A DNA stretch of 64,000 nucleotides from the NCBI RefSeq assembly GCF_009914755.1, contig NC_060928.1. One strand, written 5' to 3'. The position numbers and the translations under genes were made by a program. This document shows positions 12,945-30,732 of this stretch, piece by piece; within the stretch, counting starts at the first letter, position 1; every line of letters begins with the position of its first letter. The notes beneath the pieces were generated by a model that was not told the DNA's origin, searched no databases, and saw only the letters and a program-made list of their open reading frames with translations. Source of the DNA: the human T2T-CHM13v2.0 reference genome, Homo sapiens.

Positions 12945-14998
12945 TCATATATATATAAAAACAACATAAAATATATATAACATATATTACGTATTATATA
13001 TAATATATAAATTATATAATATATAAAATTATATATTATATAAATTATATATAATATATTAAATTATATATTATATAAATTATATATATTATATAAATTA
13101 TATACTATATGTTAAATTATATATATAAATTATATACTATATGTTAAATTATATATATTATATAAATTATGTGTTAAATTATATATTATGTAAATTATAT
13201 GTTAAATTATATATTATATAATTTATATAACACACACTAAATTATATATTGTATAATTTATATAACACATTAAATTATATATTGTATAATTTATATAACA
13301 CATTAAATTATGTATTGTATAATTTATATAACACACATTAAATTATGTATTGTATAATTTATATAACACACATTAAATTATGTATTGTATAATTTATATA
13401 ACACACATTAAATTATGTATTGTATAATTTATATAGCACACATTAAATTATGTATTGTATAATTTATATAGCACACATTAAATTATGTATTGTATAATTT
13501 ATATAGCACACATTAAATTATGTATTGTATAATTTATATAGCACACATTAAATTATGTATTGTATAATTTATATAGCACACATTAAATTATGTATTGTAT
13601 AATTTATAGAACACACATTAAATTATGTATTGTATAATTTATAGAACACACATTAAATTGTGTATTGTATAATTTATAGAACACATTAAATTGTGTATTG
13701 TATAATTTATAGAACACATTAAATTGTGTATTGTATAATTTATAGAACACATTAAATTGTGTATTGTATAATTTATAGAACACATTAAATTATGTATTGT
13801 ATAATTTATAGAACACATTAAATTATGTATTGTATAATTTATAGAACACATTAAATTATTATATTTATATAACACACATTAAATTATGTATTATATTTAT
13901 ATAACACATTAAATTGTGTATTATATTTATATAACACACATTAAATTGTGTATTATATTTATATAACACACATTAAATTGTGTATTATATTTATATAACA
14001 CACATTAAATTGTGTATTATATTTATATAACACACATTATTATATAATTTATATAACACATTAAATTATTATATAATTATATAACACACATTAAATTATA
14101 TATTATATATTTTACATAACATTAAATTGTGTATTATATAATTTACATAACATTAAATTGTGTATTATATAATTTACATAACATTAAATTGTGTATTATA
14201 TATTTTACATAACATTAAATTGTGTATTATATAATTTACATAACATTAAATTGTGTATTATATAATTTACATAACATTAAATTATATAATTTACATAACA
14301 TTAAATTTTATATTACATAATTTACATAACATTAAATTATATATAATTTATAAATTATATAATACATATTAAATTATATATAATTTATAAATTATATAAT
14401 ATAAAGTTATATATAATTTTTAAATTACATAATATATAAGTTATATATGATATATATTATATAATTTATATTTATATATATATTTAATTTATATATAATA
14501 TATACTGCAAAATATATATAATATAAAACATATTTTATAGTATATATTATATATATTATGCAATTTATAAAATATATATTATAAATATATATTATATATT
14601 TAAAATAGAATAAATATATATTATATATTATAAATATAAAATATATATTATAAAATATATATTATGAATATAAAATATATATTATAAAATATATATTATG
14701 AATATAATATATTATAAAATATATATTATGAATATAATATATTATAAAATATATATTATAAATATATATTATAAAATATATATTATAAATATATATTATA
14801 AAATATATATTATAAATATATTATAAAATATATATTATAAATATATTATAAAATATATATTATAAATATAATATATTATAAAATATATGTTATAAAATAT
14901 AAAACATGTTATAAAATATATTATGAAATATGTTATATTTTAAAATATATATTATGAAATATATGTTATATATTATAAAATATATGTAATATATATAT
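12945..14998. repeat. AT-rich minisatellite/VNTR (31-35 bp core units, flanked by degenerate (TA)-rich units)
   Basis: Directly visible tandem units such as cattaaattatgtattgtataatttatatagcaca (35 bp), with 33- and 31-bp variants; the right part is made of atatatattataaa-type units. Confidence 0.97.
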
Positions 14999-17900
14999 GC
15001 AGTTGATTCCAAGATGATGAAATGTATGGACGACTATTTTCTAAAAAAAAAAAAAAAAAAAAAGAATAACATCTAAGCTAAAGGGAAAGAACAGCTCTGA
15101 ATATTGACTTGTTTAGCTTTCATTAGTACTTAACATTGAAACAGAGTTTTTGAATGTTCAGGCATCACTAAATCTAAAAATAAAATCACAAGGCTGTAGT
15201 TTTGCTTTTAGATTTCCCAGTTTTCAAGTGATGGCTTGTTGTGTTTTATTTCTTCTGTTGTGTCTCCAATCCAGTGCTCCATTTTTGCTTCTTTCTGTTC
15301 TCTGGTCCCGGATTTGACATGTATTGGTACAGATTCCCAGTTGCTTTCAAAAGGTGCCTTGAGAACTTTAGGCATAAGTGAAAGCTGTATTGTGCCCGTC
15401 AGATCAATAGTGTGTAACTTTTAGAACACAAATATTGCAAAGATAATGTTTATGATACCATAAGTCCTGCCATGAATTCCCTGAGCATCCCATGGGTGTA
15501 TGTATATGATATCTAGGACATAAATGACATGTAGTTTATGCTTTCAAACAGAAGTCATCCAGACAACCTTCCCTCCCCCTACAACATTATCATGTCTGAG
15601 CTCTTTTTTCTTAAAATGAAAATACTAAGCTGCTTGAAGAAATGTACTGCTAAGAGGACAGGCATTTGATTTTCACTCTGTCATTGTTAGCTGTGACTTT
15701 GGCCAATTAGTGTGGATTTTCAGCAATTATTTCATATAAGGAAGATTGTACTCTGAGATTTTAATATAATAGATTTCTAAATAATTATAAAGGCATAGCT
15801 CATAGTTGACTTAAGTGATGCTCATTTTCTTTATCCTTTAGATAGGCAAACCACTCCCTATTTTCATAATTTGTCACCAAATACATTTTTCAAGTCTCTA
15901 GTAGTGAAAAACTGAGTGTATTAACTCCTTTTACAGGTCAAACTTCTTTCTGATTTCGGGAAAATTGAGATTTGTGTGTTTATTGACAAGAATTTTTCTG
16001 AGGTAGATTGTTGAAAAGCTGTTGGTTTCCTAATTTCCAGGTGCATGGTTGCTTTTTTGGTTAAAAGTAAGACAGAGGGAGACCCTGGGCTGAGGAGCTG
16101 TGAAATCTCTAAAGAGGTCTGTGAAGTAGGTTATTAAGAGGAAGTAACCTTATTAGCTGGCAGCTGGAGAGCCTGGAAGCCTCTCTTAAGCAGCTGCATC
16201 ATATCCAAGAACTGATTTGCATTCATGTTACTATGAAAACAGATCAAATTGTGTCTCTAAATGTGTTTGTTTTGTGAATCTGGAAACAACAACATTCAGG
16301 TTATGTGACCACCTGAGTAACTGCCCGGTGAGACTGGGAAGTCTAGGAGCCTGCTGCGGCATCCTGAAAAGCAGCTTAGTTCTTAGCAATGGCAGGGAGA
16401 AGTGGCGTGAGTCTCAAAATCTGTAGGAAGGATTTTCTTTTTCCGCTTTTTCATTGATCTCTTTCCCTTAACCCAGATACTTTCCCATCTGCAGGAGCAA
16501 AAGGGGGGAAAATTCCATGAAACGTTGAGTTTCAATGTACAGCAGTAGGAAAAAAGTTTTAATGTTTCAAAGGATAATGGAGGATAAATGGTAACTTAAA
16601 GCATTGGTAAATATTATGCAGGTCGTGCATATGGGATGGCATACATATGGGATGGCATAGATTAGTTTTTGTGTTGGAATTTATTCAACAGTGATTACTA
16701 TCTTGAACCTGTAAGACCTGTTAAAGCTATTTGAGGGTATGGGTGGAGGAAAGGTGGGTTACAGAAATGAGTCTGTATTCAGCCTGTGCTGTCTTTCCTC
16801 CTGCCCTTTCTTTGTTCAACACTCCCTGCTCCACAGTTCTCTGCTGTCCTCACTCTTGTGACAGTGGCCTTCTCCAGGGTCACACCTCTGACCTCCCTGG
16901 ACTCAGTTTAGAGGATGCTTTTCATTTCTTATCTCCACCTCTTGGGAGCATGTGATATGTTGTCAGTCACTTTTTTGTTCCTGAAGTGCTTTCTTCTCTA
17001 TTGTGAAGGGACCTGGAGTGCTCGGCCTGTGTGCTGAAGAATGTGCAGCTCTTCTCACTAGTCATATCTCCTCAGCAGATGACCAAGGTGGAAGCTAGAA
17101 GATCAGGGTTGTCACATAATCGGGTGCTGGAGGCTTTAGAAGCAAGGAGGGTATTTTCAGTGGGAGGATCAGGTGTGACATTCTGGTAGAAGTAGTATTT
17201 ATTTATTTATTTTTTCTTTTCCTTGGGATTTGAGATGCACTTGGCACAGTGAGGGCTCAATATTTGAATGAATAAAGGCAGGGTTGAAACACACAGATGA
17301 GGGAGGAGTATTTTCGGTTTAGGAAACACATGAACACAACATCAGCAGGGGGAGAAGATGAAGCTCATGAAGGTGAAAATGAATCACTCTCTTGGCTGAG
17401 TGGAGTGATGGAAGCGGGTGGGGGAGGAGGCTCGCAAATGTGTTCTTGCCAGACTGTGGAAGGCTGTGAGGATCAGCTAAGGAATCTGGGGGACTCTGGG
17501 CAGGAGAGGTGGTTGGAATTGGGAAAACTAATCTGGCAGCAGTTTGTTGAGTCAGATGGGATTAGAATGAGAAAAACCTCATTTTGGTCTCAGCTCTGGA
17601 GGGGACCAAAGTCTGAGCCCACTGCCTTCGTGCTTCCCTGGCTCAGCCCTCACAACCAATTCCCCTGTTGTCCTTCTCATTTCACCTGGCCACCTGGTGC
17701 CATGACCAGTGACCACTGAATCCTGTCGCCTTGTGTGCACAGCCTATGGAGTAGTAACAGAACCTCATCTTTGGAAGTCATGATGCCTGGGGGGAAGACA
17801 GCAGCAGCGTGACTGGAGTTAATGTGAGGCACCCGACCCGTGAGGGTTAGAGGGTCTGTGACTTAGAAAGTGAATAAGGAGGGTACCTTTGATAGGATTA

Positions 17901-18129
17901 GGAATAAGGGGCTTAAGGCAAAATCAGGGCTAAGAATTTAAAACCCAAATAGTTCCCGGATGTGAAAAAACTTCGTGAGAATTTACTTTAGGATTTATCA
18001 TCGGTTCCTCTCCACATCTCTTTTCCTTATATCCACAAACCAAACACACCCCTGCCGTTCCACATGGACACCATAAATAGCTCCTTTTAAAAAATTTGAT
18101 TTGTTTTTTTTTAAAAAGCGTTTCTGAAG

Positions 18130-18428
18130 GGCCAGGCATGGTGGCTTGCACGTGTAATCCCAGCACTTTGGGAGGCCTAGGTGGATGGATCACGAGGTTA
18201 GGAGTTTGAGACCAGCCTGACCAACATGGTGAAACCCTGTCTCTATTAAAAATAAAAAAAAATTAGCCAGGTGTGGTGGCATGCGCCTGTAATCTCAGCT
18301 ACTCAGGAGGCTGGGACAGGAGAATTGCTTGAACCTGGGAGACGGAGGTTGCAGTGAGCTGAGATCACGCCATTGCACTTCAGCCTGGGTGACAGAGCAA
18401 GACTCCTTCTCAAAAAGAAAAAAAAAAG
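18130..18428 (+). mobile_element. Alu (Sg-like)
   Basis: Full dimer with A tail; TSD aaaaagcgtttctgaag / aaaaagtgcttctgagg. Confidence 0.93.
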
Positions 18429-19258
18429 TGCTTCTGAGGTCCAGTGAAGGTATGAAGGAAAACTTGTGAAAGCACTTTTGTTTGTCCAGTCCTTGGTGAG
18501 ATTAGGGGTGAGACCAAGGGTAAGGAGATCAGCACATGGGGCTGGGAAGGGCAGGTTCCTCCATTAACCTCTACCAGCCTGCTCTGCTCCTTTTTACACA
18601 TTTGCGGTATTTGGTGTGTAGAATTTGCACAGTGGGTTATAAACAGTCTGATTATCTCAAATGATATCCATGCTTGATCTCTCTTGTTGGTAAAAATGGG
18701 GAACAATATTCTTGAGGTATTTGCTGAGAGCTCTAATTATCAGTACTTTAGCAGATTCCCATGACACCAGGAAATCTAGATATTTTCACATGCTTGAGAA
18801 AACATTCATGCTTTATTAAGCTACAAGCTGTACAGCAACATCTGGAAAGTCACTCAGATGGAATAAAACCAGGTTTTGGTTGAAACATCAGTTAATATTA
18901 TGAAAGAATTATAAACATGATGTTCATGCCATAAACTTATCCGGTTCTTGCAGCAGCAGCTCTCTTCAGCTAATGAAATTTTCACAGAACTGATGATATC
19001 ACTGAAAACTGCAAGGTGGTGACTGCTTTTGTGAGTGTGACCTCCCCTCTTAGCGTCTCCCACTGTCTTTGGGAGTGAGCACTGGGGAAGGAGGCTATTT
19101 TTGTGAACACTATCTGCTGCTTTCCATTCAGTCGTGGAGAAGTCAATTCAACTGTAAGCTTAAGTTCAGCATGGCATAATTATTATCTAAGCAATATTTC
19201 ATCAAGGTGCATTTCTATTTAAGTGGGCTGAGGGCCACTTGGTTGTGTTTTCCACATA

Positions 19259-19536
19259 TTTTATTTATGTTTGAGTCAGAGTCTCACTCTGTCACCAAGG
19301 CTGGTGTGCAGTGGCACGATCTCAGCTCACTGCTACCTCTGCCTCCCCGGTTCAAGCGATTCTTGAGCTTCAGCCTCCTGGGTAGCTCGTATTACAGGCA
19401 TGTGCCACCATGCTTAGCTAATTTTTTTGTATTTTTAGTAGAGATAGGGTTTCACTCTGTTGACCAGGCTGGTCTTGAACTCCTGGCCTCGGCCTCCCAA
19501 AGTGCTGATTACAGGCGTGAGCCACCATGCCCGGCC
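19259..19536 (-). mobile_element. Alu (S-type)
   Basis: Antisense dimer with a small deletion in the left arm. Confidence 0.9.
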
Positions 19537-19989
19537 CACATGTTTTAAATGACATATTTTAAATGACATTCCTAACTAATGCAATATTCTGATTTAGAAA
19601 CTGAAGACACTTTGGCCACCTGGCCAAATCTCACATTTTAGATAGTTTTCAGGTAAATGGAGACTAACTGGCCTGCCCAGTGCACACAGCTAGGTGGTAT
19701 CAGAACTCTGACCTTTTGTATTTTCACTTCCTATTTGGGTCTTTACCAAATAAGCAAAGCTTCATCTGTAAAACAGATGGAAGTCATTAAAAATCAGAGC
19801 ATTCCTGTTGGTCCAGGGAGACAGGATGCAGATGATGTGTGGGAGTCTCATCAGCTCCCCAAGGCAGGGATTTATGAGGGCTCACATCGGAACCTTTCCT
19901 ATTAGCAATTAAGAAGGTGTGTTCGTAATGAACAGAAAGGTGTGTTGGTGTGTGGATTTTTTTTTTTTTTTTTTTTTTTTTAAATCCTA

Positions 19990-20356
19990 GTCTCTTAGCT
20001 CAGGCTGCCATAACAAAATACCACAGACTGGGTGGCTCCAACAACAGACATTTAGTTCTCACAGTTCTGGAGGCTGGGAAGTCCAAGATCAAGGTGCTGG
20101 TATATTCGGTATCTAGTGAGGGCCCACTTCCTGACTTGCACGCCACCTTCTTGCTGTGTCCTCACTTGGGACACGGGAAGAGAGAAAGAGAAAACACATG
20201 CTTGAGTCTCCTTCTCTTACAATAATTCCATAAGGTGGGCTTCACCTTTGTGACCTCATCTAAACTTAATCAACTCCCAGAGGTGCCACCTCACATGGGG
20301 GTTAGTGTTTCAACATATGAATTTTGGGGGAAACGCAAACATTCAGTTCGTAACAC
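19990..20356. mobile_element. MLT1A/B-type MaLR solo LTR
   Basis: tcttagctcaggctgccataacaaaataccacagactgggtggct...acatatgaattttggggg...aaacattcagttcgtaaca. Confidence 0.8.
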
Positions 20357-21053
20357 CTAGTAATACCTTTAAAAAATGGGCCGTCTGGCAGAAAGTATGT
20401 TCTCAATTGTTGAGAAGATCCAGTGTATCAGTAATTATTATTCATACTCTCAAATATTCTAAGATGTAACAAAACATTTGAAAATATTCAGAGGTGACTA
20501 GATTAATAATTCGACTTTTTTCTACCTGCTTGTCCAGTTCATTAAGCAAATATTTACTTGAGCACCTCTTATGAGTCAGGCCCTGTGCTAGATTCTGTGC
20601 CAAAGGGATAATAAAAACCTGAGCTAGAGTAGCCCACATTTGGTGGCCAATGTTAAAGTTATATGCTGTTATTTTCTAACTATCATATTCAAATAAGTTT
20701 TATCAAGTTTCCTTCTGGTCGTGTCTTTCCTTTTGGATGAAATATTGTAAACATAGTACATAGAGAATACTATACTGAATACTTCAGTACTTGCATTTGG
20801 CCTTATCAGATTTTAATATTTGAAGGAAACAAGTCAAAATATTTTTTAATATAAGTAAATCTCTGTGAGAGTTGAAGGCTCCTGTGACCCCTCCTCATCC
20901 TGTGTCCTTACCATTCTATAAGTAACCACTATTGTGGATTTGGGATGTCTCATTGCCACATATGTTTTTATATGTGTACATATTATACATATTATATATG
21001 TATGAGTTTATGAGTAATGTAAGGTATATTGTTTTGAAACTTTATGAAAATAA

Positions 21054-21376
<323 letters not shown>

Positions 21377-21475
21377 TCTTCTGTACTTTAGGAGGAAAAA
21401 AAGCCACATTATTTTTTCCTTTTTGCTACATTCTGTAGTTCTTTTTTAAAAACCTAACATATAGCATTCCATTGA

Positions 21476-21967
<492 letters not shown>

Positions 21968-22816
21968 TGATGTGTATGTGCGTTTCTCTGGGGACATCAC
22001 GTGAGAGTAGAATTGCTGTGTGGTAGCACGTGAGCGTCTTTCACTCCAGGGTTGTCTTCACCTTTACTCGATAGTACACATTGCTTTACACAGTAGTCAG
22101 ATTACATTCCCTCTGCATTGTACTGGTGATTTTGTTGAGCTGCATCTTTTCCAGTATTTTGTATTGTGAAACTTTTGAGTTTTTGCTCATCTGTTGATGT
22201 AAAAGTGATACCTTATTGTTTCTAACTTGAATGCTGCATTTTCCTGATTGGAGTGAGGTTGAATATCTTTTCACGTATTTATTGGCCTTTCAGGCTTTTT
22301 CTTTTTGAGCTGCCTATTTATAACATGTCCTCTTCCTTCCCTCCTTCTTTATTGGTGACAGGGACTCAGGTTCAGAGAAGTAGATTAATCATAATCCTTG
22401 ATTCACAACCCATTATTATCATTTGTGTTTGCATGGCCCTTTTATTTGCTTTATTTATAATATAATGAACACCTACGAGCTCATCAGGTTCTGAGACATT
22501 ACCAACAACTTCCTGTGCTTCTCCTCACTCCGTCTCTCGGCCTCTTCCCTCTTTATATATGCTACCTGAGCTTTATTATTCCTTATCTAGTTCTCTTTGT
22601 GGTCCTCTGGGGCCTTGCTTTTCTTATTCTCCATTATTATGATTTATCCAAGTTGTTGTGTTGGCTTTGGTCTCATTCCTGTTCTTTTGTAGTGTCTGCT
22701 CTGTTTTGCTTATGGGGGATTTTTTTCTTTTGTGTTTTTAGTTTCACTCTGTGAACTCCTTTTCAGCTGAGCTTTCTCTGTAGGAGTCCTGGGGAATGTG
22801 GGTTGAAGGTGTATTA

Positions 22817-23227
<411 letters not shown>

Positions 23228-25052
23228 TCACAAAATACTTAGCAATATTGGGGTAAAATATAACACACACATATATATATATATATTTTTTTTTTTTACA
23301 AATGTACAGTTGTGATTATAAATTCTGGAAAGAATACCCAGGATGTACCAGTGAAGAAAGAACAGAATTTCAGAGCAATATCTTAGGAGTTGAACTTGCA
23401 TCAGAGTGAGAAACAAAATGCCTGGAGCCTTAACAGTTATATCTAGAAAAAGAATGGGGCCTTGAAAGGAGGAGTTGGACCTGGGATCTCCCCGCATAGC
23501 TATTTAGCCAAAAATACAAAGAAGTTTGTCCATCTCAGCCTGGACTCAGAGTAGGGAATAAAAGTACTCAGATCCCCTCCTAAAATGAGAAAGTATCAGC
23601 CTGCCCTCACTTCTGAGGCTTCATGTGTATACTGCTCAACTGTCCAGGAATCACCAAGTCAGGGAGTTAACATAATGCGGAGCCATGGATCCTCCTCTGC
23701 TGAGGCGCCTTGCAGAAACAAATCATCCGTGCCTGTGTACGTGCCTTCCCCCTTAACAGTAAGCTTCTTGACCTTTGTACATTGATACGTATTTGTGGAA
23801 TGAAGAAGTGAACAAGTAGAAACACATAGGCATTCTTAACAGAATCTAAAGTTCCACCTGCAAAGTAGGTTCAGCACCTTAAAAAATAAAGTGTAGAAGG
23901 GACATTATTTTGCCCAGTAAAATGTTTAATTTTCAAACAGTTCTACTATTCTTAAAATGTTCTGCAGATCACAGACTGCAGTGATTGAGTAGCCTGCTGT
24001 TGTGTGTGTTGTGAAGGATACAAAGACTGCCAAGTGTTTTACCCTTCGGGAGCTGTAAGTGTAGGGGAGGGACAGGCTCGAACACAAATAATTATGGTGG
24101 AAAGTGCAAAGTAAGTGCCACAGGAAATTTACAGAGCGGTTATGGTTTTGCAGAGGTTGTGAGTGATTCATTTCACTTCAGAAATTTGTTCATTGAGAGA
24201 ACACTTAGTAGAGCTTCTTGTGTTGTCAGCATTAGGAGGATTATAAGAATACCTAATATTTATTGTGCACTCACTCATGATTAGGCAGGCAACATTTTAT
24301 GTCAATCTTTGCAACATAATGTTAATTCTCACAACATTCCTATGAAGAGGATCCTATAATTATCTCCATGAAATTTTTTTTATTGAAATGTACCACATAT
24401 ATATGTGCACTTTTATGAGTATACAACTGGTTAGGTTTTCATGAGTCACATTCACCAGTGTAAGTAGCATCCAGAGCAAAACAGAACATATACACACTCG
24501 ACAAGTGTCAGGGCTTCAAAGCCCCCAAGAACCATAATCTTGACTTCTAGTAGCAGATTTTTTGGGATTGGTTTTTGTGTTTTCTGGAAATTGAGTTATA
24601 TGGTACATATTTTGTTATGTTTCATGCTATTGCATGTAGTTTGGGATTGTTCATTCCCATTGCCATTGAGTATTCCATTATCTCCATTTTACAGATGAGG
24701 AATGTTGAGACTGAGATGTTAAAGTAGCCCAGGATCATGCAGTAACAAACATGTTACAGTACCATTTAGTGTTTTTTGAAACATGATTTTAATGTTCTTG
24801 TGGTGTTCTATCATGTAAGTATAGGACAGTGTAACCAGTTCCCCTTCTGATAGACATCTAGGTGGTTTCCAACATGTTATCACTCATACTTTACCATAAA
24901 AATTCAATATTTAAAGTACGTTTTGAGGTTTCCAGCTGCTTTTGCAGTTGACTATAGTCAGTTCCATATAGTGTGGCAGCTAGTGAAATATTAATTTCCT
25001 TTGTGGCTTTCTTTGTAAGGTAGCAGCTGCCGGTCAAGGGTGGCCTTTGTAG

Positions 25053-25212
25053 TTTTTTTCCTTAGAGACAGGGTCTCACTGTGTCACCTACGCTGGAGTG
25101 TAGTTACACCATCATAGCTCACTGCAGCCTTGAACTCCTGGCCTTAAGTAATCCTCTTGCTTTGGCCTCCTGCAGCGCTGGGATTACAGGTGTGAGCCAC
25201 CATGCTATGCCC
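25053..25212 (-). mobile_element. Alu monomer (FLAM/FRAM/AluJ-type)
   Basis: gagacagggtctcact...catagctcactgcagccttgaactcctggcctta...gtgagccacc. Confidence 0.85.
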
Positions 25213-25628
25213 ATTTGAGTTTTGATATGTAATCTACTTGCCTTTTGAAAGTGCCTTGTAAGAGTACTACTAGTGTGTTTACTTTTTTACCTTTTATCCT
25301 ACATTTGTCTTTTTATACCTCCTCTCCCTTTTTCCTACAAAACTTCCTGTAAGGAGATCTTGGTTCTGCTGCAGTCAAAAATTATATTTTTTCCTTGAGG
25401 GTTAGCTCTGCTCTTTGGCCTGCTAATGAGTCTTACAGGGTCTCTGTGGGTCCTTCAGAGGAGATATATTTTTACGAAACATTCTCCGGTGCAGCAGTTT
25501 ACAAACGCAACTTCTGGAGTGTGAGCTCTTTGAAGGTAGGAGCTGTGTAGTATTCACGTGGTGCTTGGTACGTAGTAGGTGCTCAGTAAATGTGAGGTGA
25601 CTGGATGAGGAGCTGCTGGAGCCTCAGA

Positions 25629-25955
<327 letters not shown>

Positions 25956-26483
25956 TTCCTTTTGATTGACCTTTACAATATTATGTTTTTTTGCTTTTGG
26001 GAACATGATTAATTTTTAGACTTCTCAAACAGAAATAGAAGACCTAGAGCTATTTGTTTATAATTTCCCCCCCTTCTTGTAGTAGAGGAGGAATTATTTA
26101 GTAATGTGATAGAAAATAAGTTTATAATAGTTTTGTAAAAATATTAAGTTTCTTCTATTTTCTCCATTCATTGAACATTTGTTGAAACCTTGCTGGGTCC
26201 CATGCAATAGGGATAGAAAGATGAATATAATTAATCCTTGCCCTTGGGGAATATATAATCTAGTGGGAGAGACAAACACACGTGTACTTACCCATTGTGG
26301 TAAAATATATTTATATATCTGTGAGCATTTTTTTTAAAAGCGTAGTGGAAGGAGACACCTGGGAGGTTGGGAGGAGGGCCCTCCTGGAAGAGACAACAAC
26401 GGAGCTTCCTCTTAGAGGAGGTACATAATTCCTCCTCAGTCTGGTACCCAAATACTGGTTCATCTCTTTTTTTCCTTATTTCT

Positions 26484-26834
<351 letters not shown>

Positions 26835-27376
26835 CTATGATTTCTAATGTAAAAACCTCGTTCTTGTCTTTTCCCTCATGCCATAGAGCCCTTCCACGGA
26901 GGCTTGTTGATTTTAGCTCTGAAATGATTGTAGGATGTAGTTTTCCTCTTTCTCTTCCCTTCTCTCTGCTTACATTGCTGTCTCCTTGGTTTGGAAGGAC
27001 AGTGATGGAAATAATCTTTGTGTTTGAAGCATCCGGCCTGGAGCATGGCATATCATGGGGTTCAAAGTTGTTAAATCAAAAGGAACTGAATAGCCTGTAA
27101 CTGGTTTTCTCTCCTCTAGTGGCCTTTTCCTTTCATTTAATTCTATTCAATGTCCTCAAAGTTATTCAATTTTTTTTTTCTTTTGGTATCACTTCTGTGT
27201 TTAAAATTCTTCCATGACTCCTTATTACCCTCCAGATGAAGATCCAACCTCTTAGCCAGGTCTTTACACTGACCCCAGCATGCCTTCTATGTTCCTCACC
27301 CTTCCACTGCCACCATTTTACTGTGTGCATGTCTGGAGTTGTTTGTTTTTCTCATGGTCCAACGTACCCTCCCCAC

Positions 27377-27691
<315 letters not shown>

Positions 27692-27839
27692 CCCTCCCCA
27701 TTTTTTATTTGTCACTTCGGTCTGATGTTTTGAGATCCAGTCTTAACCCTGCGAAACCTTCTCTGCCTTTCCCAGAAAGAGTTAATTGTGCCCTCTGCTA
27801 TGTTCCCTGAGGGTCTGTACAGTCAATCTTTTTTAGTGG

Positions 27840-27900
27840 CATCCCATCTCATCTAGCTCATCCCACCCCAACCCATCCCATGCCATCTCATCCCATCCCT
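27840..27900. repeat. Degenerate (CATCC)n pentamer repeat
   Basis: catcccatctcatctagctcatcccacccca acccatcccatgccatctcatcccatccc. Confidence 0.7.
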
Positions 27901-28392
27901 CTCCTCTTTGTCCTGTTTCCCCATTTCATCTGTCTCTTACATTTTCCTCTGCATTTCTGATTAGATCGAGGACCAAGAATTGTGACTGATGCTTCTTTGT
28001 CCCCTGTTCAGGTGTTTCTTAAGTGGCAGATGAATAGTTCCTCCCTGTACTCTCCTGTAAACATACTTTTTGCTTTTACATCTCTTCAGTTTTGCTTTTA
28101 CTTTTTTTTTTTTCGTAAGGGATACATTCTTTCAGTAGCTTTATTTAAATGTAGTGTGTGGACCGTTTGTTGTGACCTTCTTTGAAATTTTCTCTGATCA
28201 TGGCAGCCCAAAATATCGGTACCTGCCTCTGAACCATCTTCGTTGTCTCTGGCTGTGTTACTTATACAACACCTGCTATTATTATTTGTATTTTTGTTTT
28301 ATATGTTTCATCCCTCCTTAGATTATAAACTCTGAAGTTAGAGGTCATCTTATAGACAATTTTGAATCTTCTGTGTTAAAAAATATAATTTT

Positions 28393-28686
28393 GGCCAGGC
28401 GTGGTGGCTCATGCCTATAATCCCTGCACTTTGGGCAGCCTAGGTGGGTGGATCACTTGAGTCCAGGAGTTTGTGACCAGCCTGGCCAACATGATGACTT
28501 TGGGCAGCCTAGGTGGGTGGATCACTTGAGTCCAGGAGTTTGTGACCAGCCTGGCCAACATGATGAAACCCCGTCTCTACTAAAAATACAAAAGATTAGC
28601 CTTGGCTGGGTGCAGTGGCTCACGCCTGTAATCCCAGCACTTTGGGAGGCCAAGGTGGTGCATTACGTGAGGTCAGGAGTTTGAGA

Positions 28687-28688
<2 letters not shown>
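28393..28688 (+). mobile_element. Composite Alu: left arm with a 69-bp tandem duplication plus a second truncated Alu 5' end
   Basis: 28428-28496 equals 28497-28565; a new Alu start ggctgggtgcagtggctcacgcc appears at 28604. Confidence 0.9.
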
Positions 28689-28741
<53 letters not shown>

Positions 28742-28743
28742 GA
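28689..28743. repeat. (CT)n(AT)n compound microsatellite
   Basis: Directly visible. Confidence 0.95.
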
Positions 28744-28759
28744 CTTTTTACCCCCCCAC

Positions 28760-30715
<1,956 letters not shown>

Positions 30716-30732
30716 TGCCTTGTCATTCATTA

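Noticed and set aside
13639-13875. ORF with NLMCSINYTIH repeats
   Set aside because: A translation of the 33-bp minisatellite unit; no splice or promoter context.
15043-15063. Orphan poly-A tract as a processed pseudogene tail (also 41514 and the poly-T at 19957)
   Set aside because: No adjacent mRNA-like body, polyadenylation signal or TSD was seen.
17297-17719. 140-aa ORF with an ATG start
   Set aside because: No recognisable domain; it lies in purine-rich, probably L2-derived sequence, and its length is compatible with chance.
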